A stretch of 63,461 nucleotides of DNA, counting the filler, from an uncultured Methanosarcinales archaeon (GTDB lineage Archaea; Nanobdellota; Nanobdellia; Woesearchaeales; B54-G15), in assembly GCA_964519225.1 (NCBI GenBank). It is 4 parts of 4 records of this genome, joined end to end, with 100 filler letters (N's around TTAATTAATTAA, not from the genome) between each part and the next. Parts side by side here need not be neighbours in the genome. Positions count along the whole stretch, not along the records: positions 1 to 23,130 come from CAZFJK010000014.1; 3 more parts are not named here. One strand, 5' to 3'. Positions 10,701 to 18,207 of the stretch are shown one piece after another. The first letter of the stretch is position 1. Every line of letters starts with the position of its first letter. The position numbers were made by a program, and so were the translations under genes. A model generated the notes under the pieces. The model did no database searches, was not told the DNA's origin, and saw only the letters and a program-made list of their open reading frames with translations.

Positions 10701-12835
10701 CCTGCACAAATCCAGAAGCTCAAGCTACCCTTTGGAGAAACGGCATTAATGTTACAAATGAAAATAACCAATTTGTTGAACTGGCGGCTGGCAGCTACAA
10801 TTACGTTTGCAATGTTTCAGAAACAGAAAACTATACAGCTGCAACAAACAGCACTACTTACATCATTAACAAAGCAACCACTATTTTGAATATAACAGCC
10901 CAGCCGAGTTGGACTATAACTTATGGAACGCAAACAAACGTAAGCTGCAGTGCAAACAATGCTGAAGTTACGCCAAGGCTTTATATAAATAGTTCAGAAG
11001 TTGGCATTCCTTATGCAACAGTGCATGCAGCTGGTTCTTACAATTATACGTGCAATGCAAGCGCAACACAAAACTGGACATCGGCTTCGGTTTCGCAAAT
11101 TCTTCAAGTGGCGAAAGCTTCCTCAGCTGTGAATCTAACGTTAAACGGCATCGACGGCAACATAACTGTTGAGGCAGGAAGCTCTGTAACAATGAATGCA
11201 ACACTGCTTGCTGGCGAAGCAGCCCTGGAACTTTATGAAGATGGCTCGCTTCTTAACCAAGGTTCCTCTCCTTTAACACATCAGAAAATCTACACTGCCG
11301 CAGGTTTATATAACATCACAGCTTTGCATCCAGGAAGCCAAAATTACACTGCTTCGAGTGATACGCATTTCATAGCTGTGCAGGATACAATCGCTCCGAT
11401 GATAGTTTCAACAATCATTACTCCTTACGATCCATACATTGGAAGCAATGTTTCATTAAATGCTAGCGCTACGGACAACGGCGAGCTTGATGGCATCTTC
11501 GCAAACATAACCCTACCAAATGGCACACAGTTAACATTAGAACTGCCTACTGACTATGCTGTGCAACTCGTAGGCAGGCATAACATTACATTCTGGGCCA
11601 ATGACAGCGCAGGCAATGTTGGATTTGCTGAGGATTACTTCATCGCAGGAAGTACTCTGCTGAATGTAACGTTCAATGTTGTTGACCACAATTTCAGCGG
11701 CATTGAAGCAAACCTAACAATCTTCTTTGCTGGAACAAACGATCAGGTTGACGCTCTTCTATTCAATGGCGCAGCTTATGATAATGGCACGAACATTCTC
11801 TACGATCTACATTATGAAGTGCTTGATGGTAATGCGATTGTGCGGCTCAATTCAGTAAATCTTTCTGTTGATAGCAACGGAACACTTGGCATAGATAAGT
11901 TGAACATGTCTGGCTTTCTGGTGGTTTATGGCATCTATAGCACATATAGCATTGCAAGTGCTGAGCTTGATTTAAGCTATGGAAGCACTCCTTACACTAA
12001 CGAAGATTATCTTAGCGTGTACAAATGCGCAGCATGGAACTTTACAACAAGAAGCTGCGCTGGAACCTGGGAGTTGATTGCTGCGCTTCCGGACAAAGCA
12101 GCTGACAGGTTCAGCTTTACAGTACCAAGCTTAAGTGCCTTTGCCATAAAACAGGAAAGTTATTGCGGCGATGGTGTTTGCGACCCAGATGAAGACTGTG
12201 AAAGCTGTCCAGAAGATTGCGGTGTTTGTAAAGAAGAGGTAAGACGCAGAAGAAGGTCCTGTATATCAGAATGGAACTGCACTGCATGGGGCCCTTGTAC
12301 TCCAGAAGGATTACAATATAGAACATGCATTGATATAAGAAACTGCAGGATTCCATTTAAAAAACCACCAGAAGTAAGAGAATGCACCTATGTACCTTCA
12401 TGTAACAATGGTATAAAAGACATTGATGAAACAGATGTAGACTGTGGCGGTGTGTGTCCTCCATGTCCAGATGGAAAGCGATGCATTACTGATGATGACT
12501 GCATTGGAAAATGTGATCCAATCAAGAAGATTTGCTATACGCCAAAGATAAAACCAGAAATATCTATGCCAAAAACCTTCAGATCAATTCAAGCATTTAC
12601 CAGATTCGTCTATAATATTTTCAAAATCTCCAAAGACATCTTAATCAAAGCCCCGATAAATCTCATAAAAGGTTTAAGTACAATAATAATCAAAAACAAA
12701 TTCCTATCTGCTTACACAATAGTAATTACAATGATTCTAATAATAGTTCTACAAATTGGAAAAATAAAACAAAAAAGACTACAGAAAAAAATCGAAAGAT
12801 ATCTCAAAAAGTTAAGAGAAGAAGGAAAACTATAA
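4784..12835 (+). CDS. Giant (2683 aa) doubly membrane-anchored surface glycoprotein/adhesin with Ig-like repeats and Cys-rich modules
   Basis: N-terminal TM followed by ITGF; acidic low-complexity linker; very dense N-x-S/T sequons; repeated DTTPP...GTY.Y..Y.ND modules; CGDGVC, TSP1-like and CNNGIKD..ETDVDCGG motifs; C-terminal TM and basic tail. Confidence 0.88.
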   Translation: MKKKKTKRGVGEAAILTAIVILITISLYLAPRLNITGFFIAEKGLLTYEEKINLKLNESTSFEFNISPDIEEFELVSIALSGRFIGDGNVEVHLEDAIGNDYLIFDKETIQKKAFEATGKFTEIEKAIKETTEKVKKKIKEKKEEVKEAAEKIKKEVKEQKKEKAAEKKEKKEKQVEEKSAEGTQSEETKESTKEAVAETGPDTSGKQEQVEETRTVSSDQTAETSTIQIDEGEEQTSGEETTDTSSDSQSSKELLPESTQEENTEREEATTTTEKEPVEESPEPTSDTAEETTDESEGEVSEEPETAKPETKTNETREAEESRTNKTKINETKKIKNTTTEVKRLSEKKNETKEVMHQIRNLTIEHKNITAAVSIYNVTSKNLTARKVTINTTPENMTELLKNVAIVENISVGNISTVNITTNVTVNIINVTEEINIIEFENVCLETCLLPKGLTGKQYKLVIRVDGNSTLELNKIKYTIKNITKKIPVKLAVLNADGETLNATVILHRNGESIVSTNSTESVQISPGIYDIEARIKDHVIDKIYFYSADLTKSIKKIASVDILSHIENITQGWAIKPEIDADSMDVMVTANGTRLYKCSIWKFNKRKCKQNFTFEQFIAPGETYTLNLSIEEFGFIETNEMVMNITNESVPIEKIYDDPSYEVVISSVQYDDDTKTLTVVFHHTAKNGKRIHIEFADNKTFDYLLDKEIAKKNENVTLKIFNWTSSEYFEIKVGDRTEIYGIGIPPEYTLSPAINDAENRTVEATVKILRNSVRFANTTTRGRINIQRGIYSIEIFPRNHTVKKIKLKGMRIAGRISRLLRLDNVPKEKLPRAVKAFAVDPTDITFEEATITLIASGNVLLKCQNWSFETRECRGSCFYDPSKNRKVCTSGWQRIANLTPGQEYNITLTPQDPAYAEYNSTYGAPYCGDSGISPCIANSSLLRSRDNIGGGSEPNYPNTIDTCNDGSWGTYQSDESVENITIASLNHSVFIKGDTINVTATVYCYDGSGDNVNFVYTNNTDSPAWKVMASVDPCPAAGLNTFSKTWKLDNIAGKHAVRVSIQWNGATTTTCGSGNYDDNDDVVFNVLADTKGPAINFVQPTPANDTVQNKNRVFINATVTDALSGIDACLLEWNGVNESMTKVGTGLSVYCHVNKTGLADGTYSYKVYANDSAGNWNVSETRIVTVDTTPPTITFVPPTPANGSILSQAWVFINITASENLSTALLEWNGINETMQGSGTNWYLNKTGLASGTYTYKVYGNDSSDNWGVSETRIVKINFPPQISLHYPLNNTQFNDTQTVTFNFTATDELSTTLSCSVYLDGILNQTNNSVQNGSVSEFTIANISYGEHNWFINCSDGELSTVSETRYFTIADTIPPSIYYNPNTEASGSYSKSWIFINITCSDQSRDSVILNWNGTNESFDNQAGDIFWENKTGLADGTYTFYAWCNDTYGNTNQTSQRTATLDTTPPTVNLESPANNTLEQNTNTITFNYNTTDAISDVANCSLYINGVLDETDTIITERTTQNFTKTLPNGYYNWSVSCYDAVGNKGTSETWYLNISVHPPVTTLIYPPDNYSSSSSSVTFNCSATDDAGLVNITLYIWNATGTYYTNTTTISGTSNSTTWTTTLTPDGTYTWNCLAYDVDGLGDWADADRTLTVDTTPPTITFVPPTPANASTISQAWVFINITASENLSTALLEWNGINETMQGSGTNWYLNKTGLAEGTYAYKVYGNDTVNNWNSSETRVITIDTTAPSITLYSPQNNTITANTTPTFNFTAVDNKDTNLTCELFINNLGYGIVSAPNNTPTTIIANDSLSDGTYYWYINCTDDATNTGKSAVWIINIDTSPPTWSNNKTEPSSPATYSPTQQYQFNITWSDAYDIGQVLFEHNFTGTLQNYSASGNSSNEYFYNYGPLAAGSYVWRSYATDAVGHVAATPRWSYVINKATSICNLTINPPSPQTYPVQVNASCTCTNPEAQATLWRNGINVTNENNQFVELAAGSYNYVCNVSETENYTAATNSTTYIINKATTILNITAQPSWTITYGTQTNVSCSANNAEVTPRLYINSSEVGIPYATVHAAGSYNYTCNASATQNWTSASVSQILQVAKASSAVNLTLNGIDGNITVEAGSSVTMNATLLAGEAALELYEDGSLLNQGSSPLTHQKIYTAAGLYNITALHPGSQNYTASSDTHFIAVQDTIAPMIVSTIITPYDPYIGSNVSLNASATDNGELDGIFANITLPNGTQLTLELPTDYAVQLVGRHNITFWANDSAGNVGFAEDYFIAGSTLLNVTFNVVDHNFSGIEANLTIFFAGTNDQVDALLFNGAAYDNGTNILYDLHYEVLDGNAIVRLNSVNLSVDSNGTLGIDKLNMSGFLVVYGIYSTYSIASAELDLSYGSTPYTNEDYLSVYKCAAWNFTTRSCAGTWELIAALPDKAADRFSFTVPSLSAFAIKQESYCGDGVCDPDEDCESCPEDCGVCKEEVRRRRRSCISEWNCTAWGPCTPEGLQYRTCIDIRNCRIPFKKPPEVRECTYVPSCNNGIKDIDETDVDCGGVCPPCPDGKRCITDDDCIGKCDPIKKICYTPKIKPEISMPKTFRSIQAFTRFVYNIFKISKDILIKAPINLIKGLSTIIIKNKFLSAYTIVITMILIIVLQIGKIKQKRLQKKIERYLKKLREEGKL
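8345..9956 (+). repeat. Intragenic near-identical duplication (about 190 nt; copies start at 8345 and 9761, offset 1416 nt)
   Basis: GTTGATACAACACCACCAACTATAACTTTTGTTCC...GGCAGTGGCAC occurs twice with few mismatches. Confidence 0.95.
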
Positions 12836-12938
12836 TGAACAAAAAGAACAAACTAATTAAAGCTTAAATTCAGCAACCCGATTTTTTCCTCAGTTGAGCA
12901 AGATCAAACTCTTCATCAAACAAAATATCCTCCCTCAT

Positions 12939-13103
12939 TTAGTAAGCCTCCTCATAACCCCTTAAAAATGCAGCCCCTTCTGGATCGCTGTCCTCAAGCT
13001 CTTCAATGACATCTTTATATTCACTTTCTTCATCTTCATCCCACACATAATCGAATTCCTCTTCTTCCTCTTCCCTTTCTAAATCAAACTCTTCATATAC
13101 CAT
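12939..13103 (-). CDS. Hyper-acidic microprotein (54 aa), missing from the ORF track
   Basis: MVYEEFDLEREEEEEEFDYVWDEDEESEYKDVIEELEDSDPEGAAFLRGYEEAY; SD-like GGGGTG upstream; paralog at 22596. Confidence 0.75.
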   Translation of the reverse strand: MVYEEFDLEREEEEEEFDYVWDEDEESEYKDVIEELEDSDPEGAAFLRGYEEAY

Positions 13104-13196
13104 TTTCCACCCCTTACTATATAATAAAATTTAAATATATATAGTTTATCCATATAGTATATATACCCTATAGTCCCGGATTACGACTATAAGGGG

Positions 13197-14156
13197 GTGG
13201 TTGAAATTCCAGAATTTAGAAAGCTGATAAACTTCGGAAAAACAAGTTATGTAATTAGTTTGCCTAAAAATTGGATCGAAAGAAACAATCTTAAAAAGGG
13301 CGATCTCATTGTGGTTGAAGAATTCTCAAATAAGTTAGTAATAGCACCGACTATTAAAGAGAAGGAAAGAAACCCTTCACCATGTTACATAGAAGTGGAC
13401 AGAAAACCCTTGGAAATAGTTAAACGAGAAATATTTTCAGCATATTTGAATAACCATTCTCCAATCATTCTTAAAGGAAATGATTTGAAGAAAAATGCGT
13501 CTGCGCTTAAACGAACATTAAGTTCTCTTCTCGCATTGGAAGTAATCAATCATGATGCAAAAAAAATTGTTGCTAAGGATTACCTTGATTTAGAAAATGC
13601 AGTTGTAGTAGATTTTATTAAAAAAATAGATATGTTAATCAAAAATGAATTCAAAGATATGATTGAATTACTCAAAAACAATACAATTTCTAAATTAGAC
13701 CAACATGACTTTGCTAAACGAGACGAAGAAGTAAATAGGCTTTATTTCACAGTTAAAAAAATACTCATAAAAGCTGCTGATGATGCAGATTTTCAAAGGA
13801 AGCTTGCTCTCACACCAAGAAAAATGCTCGCTTTAATCCAATCAATAGAATCGCTTGAAACAATCGGAGACATCCTTAAAAACCTCATAAAAAGAATTTC
13901 CACTGAAAGCAAAGATTCAAAAACCAAATTTAAAATAGTATTGGAAATGCTTTACTCTTATTATAACAACATTATGAAATTATCCTATATGGGTAACATA
14001 GAAAAAATATTAGAAATTACACCAACAAGAGAAAAAATTTTAAAAGTTCTAAAAAAAACCCGCCCCGGAGAAACCAGATATCTATTTGAAACTTTATTAA
14101 GAGCAGTTCATCATCTTGCAAGAACCTCGTTCGATTATGGACAATTTTACAAATGA
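13197..14156 (+). CDS. phoU: Archaeal phosphate-uptake regulator PhoU with N-terminal AbrB/SpoVT domain
   Basis: RKLINFGKTSYVISLPKNW..LKKGD (AbrB); RDEEVNRLY and LETIGD are PhoU-type helices. Confidence 0.85.
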   Translation: MVEIPEFRKLINFGKTSYVISLPKNWIERNNLKKGDLIVVEEFSNKLVIAPTIKEKERNPSPCYIEVDRKPLEIVKREIFSAYLNNHSPIILKGNDLKKNASALKRTLSSLLALEVINHDAKKIVAKDYLDLENAVVVDFIKKIDMLIKNEFKDMIELLKNNTISKLDQHDFAKRDEEVNRLYFTVKKILIKAADDADFQRKLALTPRKMLALIQSIESLETIGDILKNLIKRISTESKDSKTKFKIVLEMLYSYYNNIMKLSYMGNIEKILEITPTREKILKVLKKTRPGETRYLFETLLRAVHHLARTSFDYGQFYK

Positions 14157-15316
14157 AACCGTTAAGAGAAAACCAAAAGGAAATTGAAGAGCTTTTAAAG
14201 AAAGTCGGCATCGAATCTATTGGCAATCCTATTTATGTCAGCCCGACCACCATCTGCTACTACGATGACAACAAAAACACTATATTTAAAATACGAAAGA
14301 TTCCTATAAGTGGTGGAATATCAAAAAGCACAAGACGACCATTATATGCTGTTAGAGCAGAGGCTTCAGAACCTGATTTAATACATAAACTTAGATTAAA
14401 AAAAATTGAGCATGTTCCGGGGATAGTCGAGTTCGACCGCGACTCGCGATCTTCATACAAAATTGTAAACGAAGATGGAATGCCTATAGCCATTCAAATT
14501 CACGGTGAAGAATATATTCCTATCTCTTTTCAAAAGAGACTTGAATCAGAAGGAAAAGAAAAAGTTCTAATCCAAGTAGCCGACATCTCGCTGGCGCTAA
14601 GTCGTGCAATAACATCAATCTTTAATGAACAAAGCGATGAAAAATTCACAGGATATAGTAGTTCTTGGTACGAAGAAAGCCTTAAACAGCTCGAAGATAC
14701 TTTGAGGCAACATTTCGGCGAAGAAATATCGCTACCAAAAGAAATATTGTTTGAACTTTTAAAGTTACCTTTAGACAGTCCTATAACAGTATCCCATCTA
14801 AATTTATCATATGCTCATGTAAGATTTAGAAAAAAAGATGGAAACGAGATTTTACAAGAAGGAGAACTTGTGGAACGGTTAAAAAGCAATGAACCTAACC
14901 TATATCCAAACATTGTAATTGTTGACCATACTCAGTATGGTGTAGCTCGACCAATTTCTGGATTATGCTTTTTAATAGACGCCGAGATCGTAGACAATTT
15001 TTCAGAAGAAGATATTCGAAACATTATCGAAGAAATCTCAAAACGACAAAGCGCAGCTCTAAAAAAAGTCTGGAAAGTCCATCCAAGTGCTGCATCAATA
15101 GAACACTTGAAAAAACGACTATATGCAGGTGTGGCATTTAATCTCCTGCGATGTATATGTTATTATATTCAAAACAATAATCAAGAAAAAGTACAGTCAC
15201 GTATAGAAAAATTTTTGAACTTTCAAGAGATTATATTATCTGGTGAAGAACATTTTAAGAAAAATACTAAAAAATTAGAAAACTCACTTAAAATAATACA
15301 AGAAAAATGCAAATAA
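14153..15316 (+). CDS. Hypothetical protein, probable degenerate APH/choline-kinase-like fold
   Basis: TVSHLNLSYAHV and IVIVDHTQYGVARPISGL align with HGDLxxxN and IDxxxxxxGxPxxDL. ATGA-type overlap with phoU. Confidence 0.55.
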   Translation: MKPLRENQKEIEELLKKVGIESIGNPIYVSPTTICYYDDNKNTIFKIRKIPISGGISKSTRRPLYAVRAEASEPDLIHKLRLKKIEHVPGIVEFDRDSRSSYKIVNEDGMPIAIQIHGEEYIPISFQKRLESEGKEKVLIQVADISLALSRAITSIFNEQSDEKFTGYSSSWYEESLKQLEDTLRQHFGEEISLPKEILFELLKLPLDSPITVSHLNLSYAHVRFRKKDGNEILQEGELVERLKSNEPNLYPNIVIVDHTQYGVARPISGLCFLIDAEIVDNFSEEDIRNIIEEISKRQSAALKKVWKVHPSAASIEHLKKRLYAGVAFNLLRCICYYIQNNNQEKVQSRIEKFLNFQEIILSGEEHFKKNTKKLENSLKIIQEKCK

Positions 15317-15666
15317 ACCCAAGCATAGAAGATCCAAATCTCGAAGCCCTGCTTGAAAACCCAAGTTCAGATTTAGTAAAAGCATTTTTCAGTGAATATA
15401 AAAAAGCAAGAGAAGAATCTGAAAGATTGTGTTTGGCATTGAGAATTCGTAAAGCTTATGACCGCGCTCCTTTGACAAAAAAAATAGAAATGCAAGAAAG
15501 TTCTGAGAACGAATTAAAAAAGCTCCTACCGAATTCAATTTCCCATCGTGCTTATCTCATGGTGGGAAGGATTGCATTATTTATATCATACCTAGGAACC
15601 CAAGTACAAACATATATGACAAAACTTCTCGCAGGAAAACCGCAAAGGAGGTTTGCTATCTATTAA
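15307..15666 (+). CDS. Hypothetical helical protein
   Basis: 119-aa ORF overlapping the previous stop. Confidence 0.6.
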   Translation: MQINPSIEDPNLEALLENPSSDLVKAFFSEYKKAREESERLCLALRIRKAYDRAPLTKKIEMQESSENELKKLLPNSISHRAYLMVGRIALFISYLGTQVQTYMTKLLAGKPQRRFAIY

Positions 15667-15683
15667 CATATTTGAAAAGAGAA

Positions 15684-16769
15684 CTAAAACCTCTCAACAC
15701 ATATTTTTCCTTCTTCAATCTTTATTGCAACTTCTTCACCTTCCTTGAATTTACTTGCCTTCGTGGCAATTTCAGGCAAAAGAATCCGCTTTCCCCTAAA
15801 ACTAAGATTTGTAATAATCTGCTTTCCAAGTTCTGCTTTCGGAAGTTCTTCCCGCAAAAGCTTCTCGCCTTCGATTTTCTTTTTCGCTTTGGTAAACTCT
15901 CCTGTCTTTTCAAATACAAAGTGAGCAATCTCTTTTGCTATATCTTTTTTCGTCACAGCAGTTATTCCCCTCAATCCTGGTGAAATATTAGCTTCAATCA
16001 CTAGCGGCCCTTTGCTGCTTTCAAGAATATCAACAGCGCATACATCAGCATCTATTAGGTTTGCAACTTTAACTGCGATCTCGCTTGCTTCTTCGCTTAT
16101 AGAAACTTTCTTGCCTTTAGCACCTGCATGAATATTTGCTCTGGCCTCTCCTTGCTTTGCAATCCTCTGCATTGCAGCCACCACTTTATTCCCTATTACA
16201 AAAGCTCTCAAGTCTTTACCGCCAGTTTCAACATATTCCTGAATCAAAAAAGGCTGCCTCAAAGCAATAATTGCATCAAGCATGCTTGAAGCAGCTGCAT
16301 AGCTTTCTGCAAAAACAACGCCTCTGCCTTGTGTTCCATGAGGTAGTTTTATAATTACAGGATAATGCACTTCATCTTCAAGAATCCTTTTTGCAGTGAC
16401 AGGCGTAGCCAAGTAAGTCTTGGGCATAGGAATTCTATGCTGAGCCAAGAATAAATGCATTAAAATCTTATCGTGAGCAAGATAAAAAGCTTTGCTTCTA
16501 ATCGGCAAATAGCTTTTATCCTCAAAAGTAACGGCCATTGCATGAAGCAAAGGCAAGTACCTAAAACTTCCTTTTATGAAAACACAATCATACCCTTCTA
16601 ACAGTTCGCCGTTGTGCCTTACTTCAACATTTTCTTTGATTATTACTTCGACCTTTCTTAAATCAAAGTCATCAACAACCTTAAAATAACGCTTCATTGC
16701 ATCAATAGTCATCAAACTACTTCTGCTTCTTAATGAGATGAATAAAGCTTTTTTAACCATTTTCATCAA
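15684..16769 (-). CDS. rimK: RimK-family ATP-grasp ligase with C-terminal AbrB-like domain
   Basis: DKIL, PMPKT, YPVIIKLPHGTQGRGV, LIQEYV, DLRAFV, RANIHAG, AVDIL, EANISPG. Confidence 0.9.
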   Translation of the reverse strand: MMKMVKKALFISLRSRSSLMTIDAMKRYFKVVDDFDLRKVEVIIKENVEVRHNGELLEGYDCVFIKGSFRYLPLLHAMAVTFEDKSYLPIRSKAFYLAHDKILMHLFLAQHRIPMPKTYLATPVTAKRILEDEVHYPVIIKLPHGTQGRGVVFAESYAAASSMLDAIIALRQPFLIQEYVETGGKDLRAFVIGNKVVAAMQRIAKQGEARANIHAGAKGKKVSISEEASEIAVKVANLIDADVCAVDILESSKGPLVIEANISPGLRGITAVTKKDIAKEIAHFVFEKTGEFTKAKKKIEGEKLLREELPKAELGKQIITNLSFRGKRILLPEIATKASKFKEGEEVAIKIEEGKICVERF

Positions 16770-17113
16770 ATCTTAACCTTTTTATTTGGATCTATTAAAA
16801 ACCCTTTCTTTAAAATATCCAACCCAATCAACACCTTATACCTCATATGTCGCCTATTGGCCAAAGTAAATTTTCCTTCAAGCGTTTTTCCAGCAATCTC
16901 AACCTTCGCCTTTACAACCGGCCTTATCTTGTTTCCATGCGCGTGCTTGACCAGAACAGTTTTTATAATAGGTCCAAGACCAAGCTCATCAGCAAGCTTT
17001 TCGTCTATGCTATTGTTTGTTGCTCCTGTATCTATCTTCGCCATCAGCTGTTTGCTTCTTTTTTTGCCCAGGACCTTTACTTTTTCAACTATTCCGATGG
17101 TAATTTTAGCCAT
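16766..17113 (-). CDS. RimB-like retropepsin-fold protease (RimK-associated)
   Basis: AKIDTGA motif, RPVV, FTLANRRHMRYKVLIG; coupled to rimK. Confidence 0.88.
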   Translation of the reverse strand: MAKITIGIVEKVKVLGKKRSKQLMAKIDTGATNNSIDEKLADELGLGPIIKTVLVKHAHGNKIRPVVKAKVEIAGKTLEGKFTLANRRHMRYKVLIGLDILKKGFLIDPNKKVKI

Positions 17114-17145
17114 TTCGTAGGAGAATTCATATGTAAATTTAAAAG

Positions 17146-17916
17146 TTACTCTCTTTCCTCCTTTATCTCAGGTAGGATTTCAATGCTATAATGAAGATTT
17201 GCGAAATTCGAAACGATTTCTCCGAAAATCTCAAAATATGCAAGTTCTAACTGTGTCAAGCGATTTTCAACCTCCTGAACATCTTCATAAAAGCCAAGAC
17301 CTGAATAAGCTTTTTTTAAAGCACGCAGCTGACGAATTCTTTCTCTGAAACATGTTTTATATAGGATTTCGAAGGCTTCTCTCAGCTCAGTCCCATATTG
17401 CAAGATTAACGTAGAATCCTCAATCAATTTTGTATCATCTATTTTCAAAATACGACCTTCCAGATCACGCCGTACATCAGGTCTGCCTAAATGATAGCGA
17501 ACAAAATTAGATAAAGTAGCAGAACCGCACTCAGAATCAGAATTTCCTACTCTTCTCGCCTCATCCAATTTATCCAATGCTTTTTTATGGTCTAATTGCA
17601 TCACAGCATTAAAAGCATCCTCATATAACTTTCTCTGATAAGCTTCCTCTAATTGGCGCCTCAAAATCCTGATTTTTGTTAAAAAATAATCGCGTGTTTC
17701 TTTATCCACACCATCTGCCTCACGAATATGCTTTTCTAATTCAAAAAGTGCATCCTTGCGCTGTTCATAAATATCCCGAGTGCATTTGATTTCTCTACCA
17801 AATGCCCTAATCTCTGACCCTATGCCACTCAACCGAATTAAAATCGCATCGTCCATAAAATGGATTTTATCTATCAATTTATAAATCTTTCTAAAATCTT
17901 TACTTAACAGTGACAA
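17146..17916 (-). CDS. Hypothetical all-helical protein
   Basis: 256-aa ORF with charged heptad/TPR-like pattern. Confidence 0.7.
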   Translation of the reverse strand: MSLLSKDFRKIYKLIDKIHFMDDAILIRLSGIGSEIRAFGREIKCTRDIYEQRKDALFELEKHIREADGVDKETRDYFLTKIRILRRQLEEAYQRKLYEDAFNAVMQLDHKKALDKLDEARRVGNSDSECGSATLSNFVRYHLGRPDVRRDLEGRILKIDDTKLIEDSTLILQYGTELREAFEILYKTCFRERIRQLRALKKAYSGLGFYEDVQEVENRLTQLELAYFEIFGEIVSNFANLHYSIEILPEIKEERE

Positions 17917-18006
17917 TAGAGAAAAAGAAGCTTTTTAGTCGAATTTTGCAAAAATTTGCGAAAATCTTTAAAATAAAAGCTTTTTGCAAGATAAAGGGGT
18001 GATAAA

Positions 18007-18168
18007 ATGTTGATTGTAAAAAGTGCCCTAAAAAGCGCGGTACCTGGCTTTAATATAGCTTCAGATTTTGCTGAAGCACTTGATAAAAAGGTCCAGGAAC
18101 TTATAAAAGAAGCAGCGAAACGCGCAGAAGCAAACGGCAGAAAAACAATAATGGCAAAAGACCTCTAA
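18007..18168 (+). CDS. Minimal histone-fold protein (53 aa; DUF1931/Bd0055-like), missing from the ORF track
   Basis: MLIVKSALKSAVPGFNIASDFAEALDKKVQELIKEAAKRAEANGRKTIMAKDL, with the histone R-K-T-x4-D signature. SD GGGGTGA. Confidence 0.9.
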   Translation: MLIVKSALKSAVPGFNIASDFAEALDKKVQELIKEAAKRAEANGRKTIMAKDL

Positions 18169-18207
18169 AAATATAAAAATGAACAACCCTTTTTTTCTTT
18201 TTTTGAC

